Assembly: GCF_009914755.1 (NCBI RefSeq)
Contig: NC_060928.1
DNA length: 64,000 bases
Strand: one strand, 5' to 3'
From: the human T2T-CHM13v2.0 reference genome, Homo sapiens
Part shown: one piece after another, positions 63,618 to 64,000 of the stretch
Position numbering within the stretch: the first letter of the stretch is position 1
Layout: each line of letters starts with the position of its first letter
Program-made: the position numbers and the translations under genes
The notes under the pieces: generated by a model
What the model was told of the DNA's origin: nothing
What the model saw: the letters and a program-made list of their open reading frames with translations, nothing else
The model's database searches: none

Positions 63618-63648
<31 letters not shown>

Positions 63649-64000
63649 TGTACATGTATGTATATACCCAACACTGGAGCCCCCAAATTAATAAATCAAA
63701 CTCAGCATTAGACAGATCATCTAGACAGAATATTTACAGAAAAACATTGGATTTAAATGGGACTTAAGACTAGATGTACCTAGCAGACCTTAAAAGAACA
63801 TTCTATTCAATACCTGTAGAATATACATTCTTTCCATCCCCACAAGAAACATTCTCAAGGATAGGCTACGTTATGCCACAAAGCAAGTCTCAACAAAATT
63901 TTAAGAATCAAAATCATATTCAGTATTATCTCAGACTACAATGTTAAAAAACTAAAAATTATTGCCAAGAGAAATGTTAGAAATTATAAAAATACATGGA
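63500..64000 (+). mobile_element. L1 ORF2 endonuclease-region fragment (older L1), runs off the window
   Basis: 'atacccaacactggagccccca', 'agacagatcatctagacagaa', 'gaaacattctcaaggatagg', 'tctcagactacaatg'. Confidence 0.82.

Overview
This is AT-rich, CpG-poor primate (human-like) DNA, either intergenic or deep intronic, and largely made of interspersed repeats. They include about ten Alus, many L1 fragments of different ages, MaLR/ERV LTRs (THE1, MST, MLT1, MLT2, MER31, MER34, MER68, LTR27-like), a complete LTR-internal-LTR THE1 element, DNA-transposon fossils (Tigger2, MER2, MER20, MER58), MIR/L2 remnants and microsatellites. I find no host protein-coding exon, CpG island, tRNA, CRISPR array or novel gene system; the longer ORFs are broken L1 ORF2, THE1-internal, Alu or simple-repeat frames. 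The most interesting signals are structural. (1) Two inverted L1PA copies 5.7 kb apart share several non-consensus variants, suggesting gene conversion and a possible inversion substrate. (2) A ~220-bp non-repeat sequence is locally duplicated, and one copy preserves the pre-insertion state of an L1 site. (3) A 23-bp-arm hairpin has apparently been created inside an MST LTR. (4) There is a tailless 5S rRNA retropseudogene with a target-site duplication (TSD). (5) An AP-1 site sits next to an RFX X-box in unique sequence. Repeat subfamily names come from recalled consensus sequences, not a RepeatMasker run.
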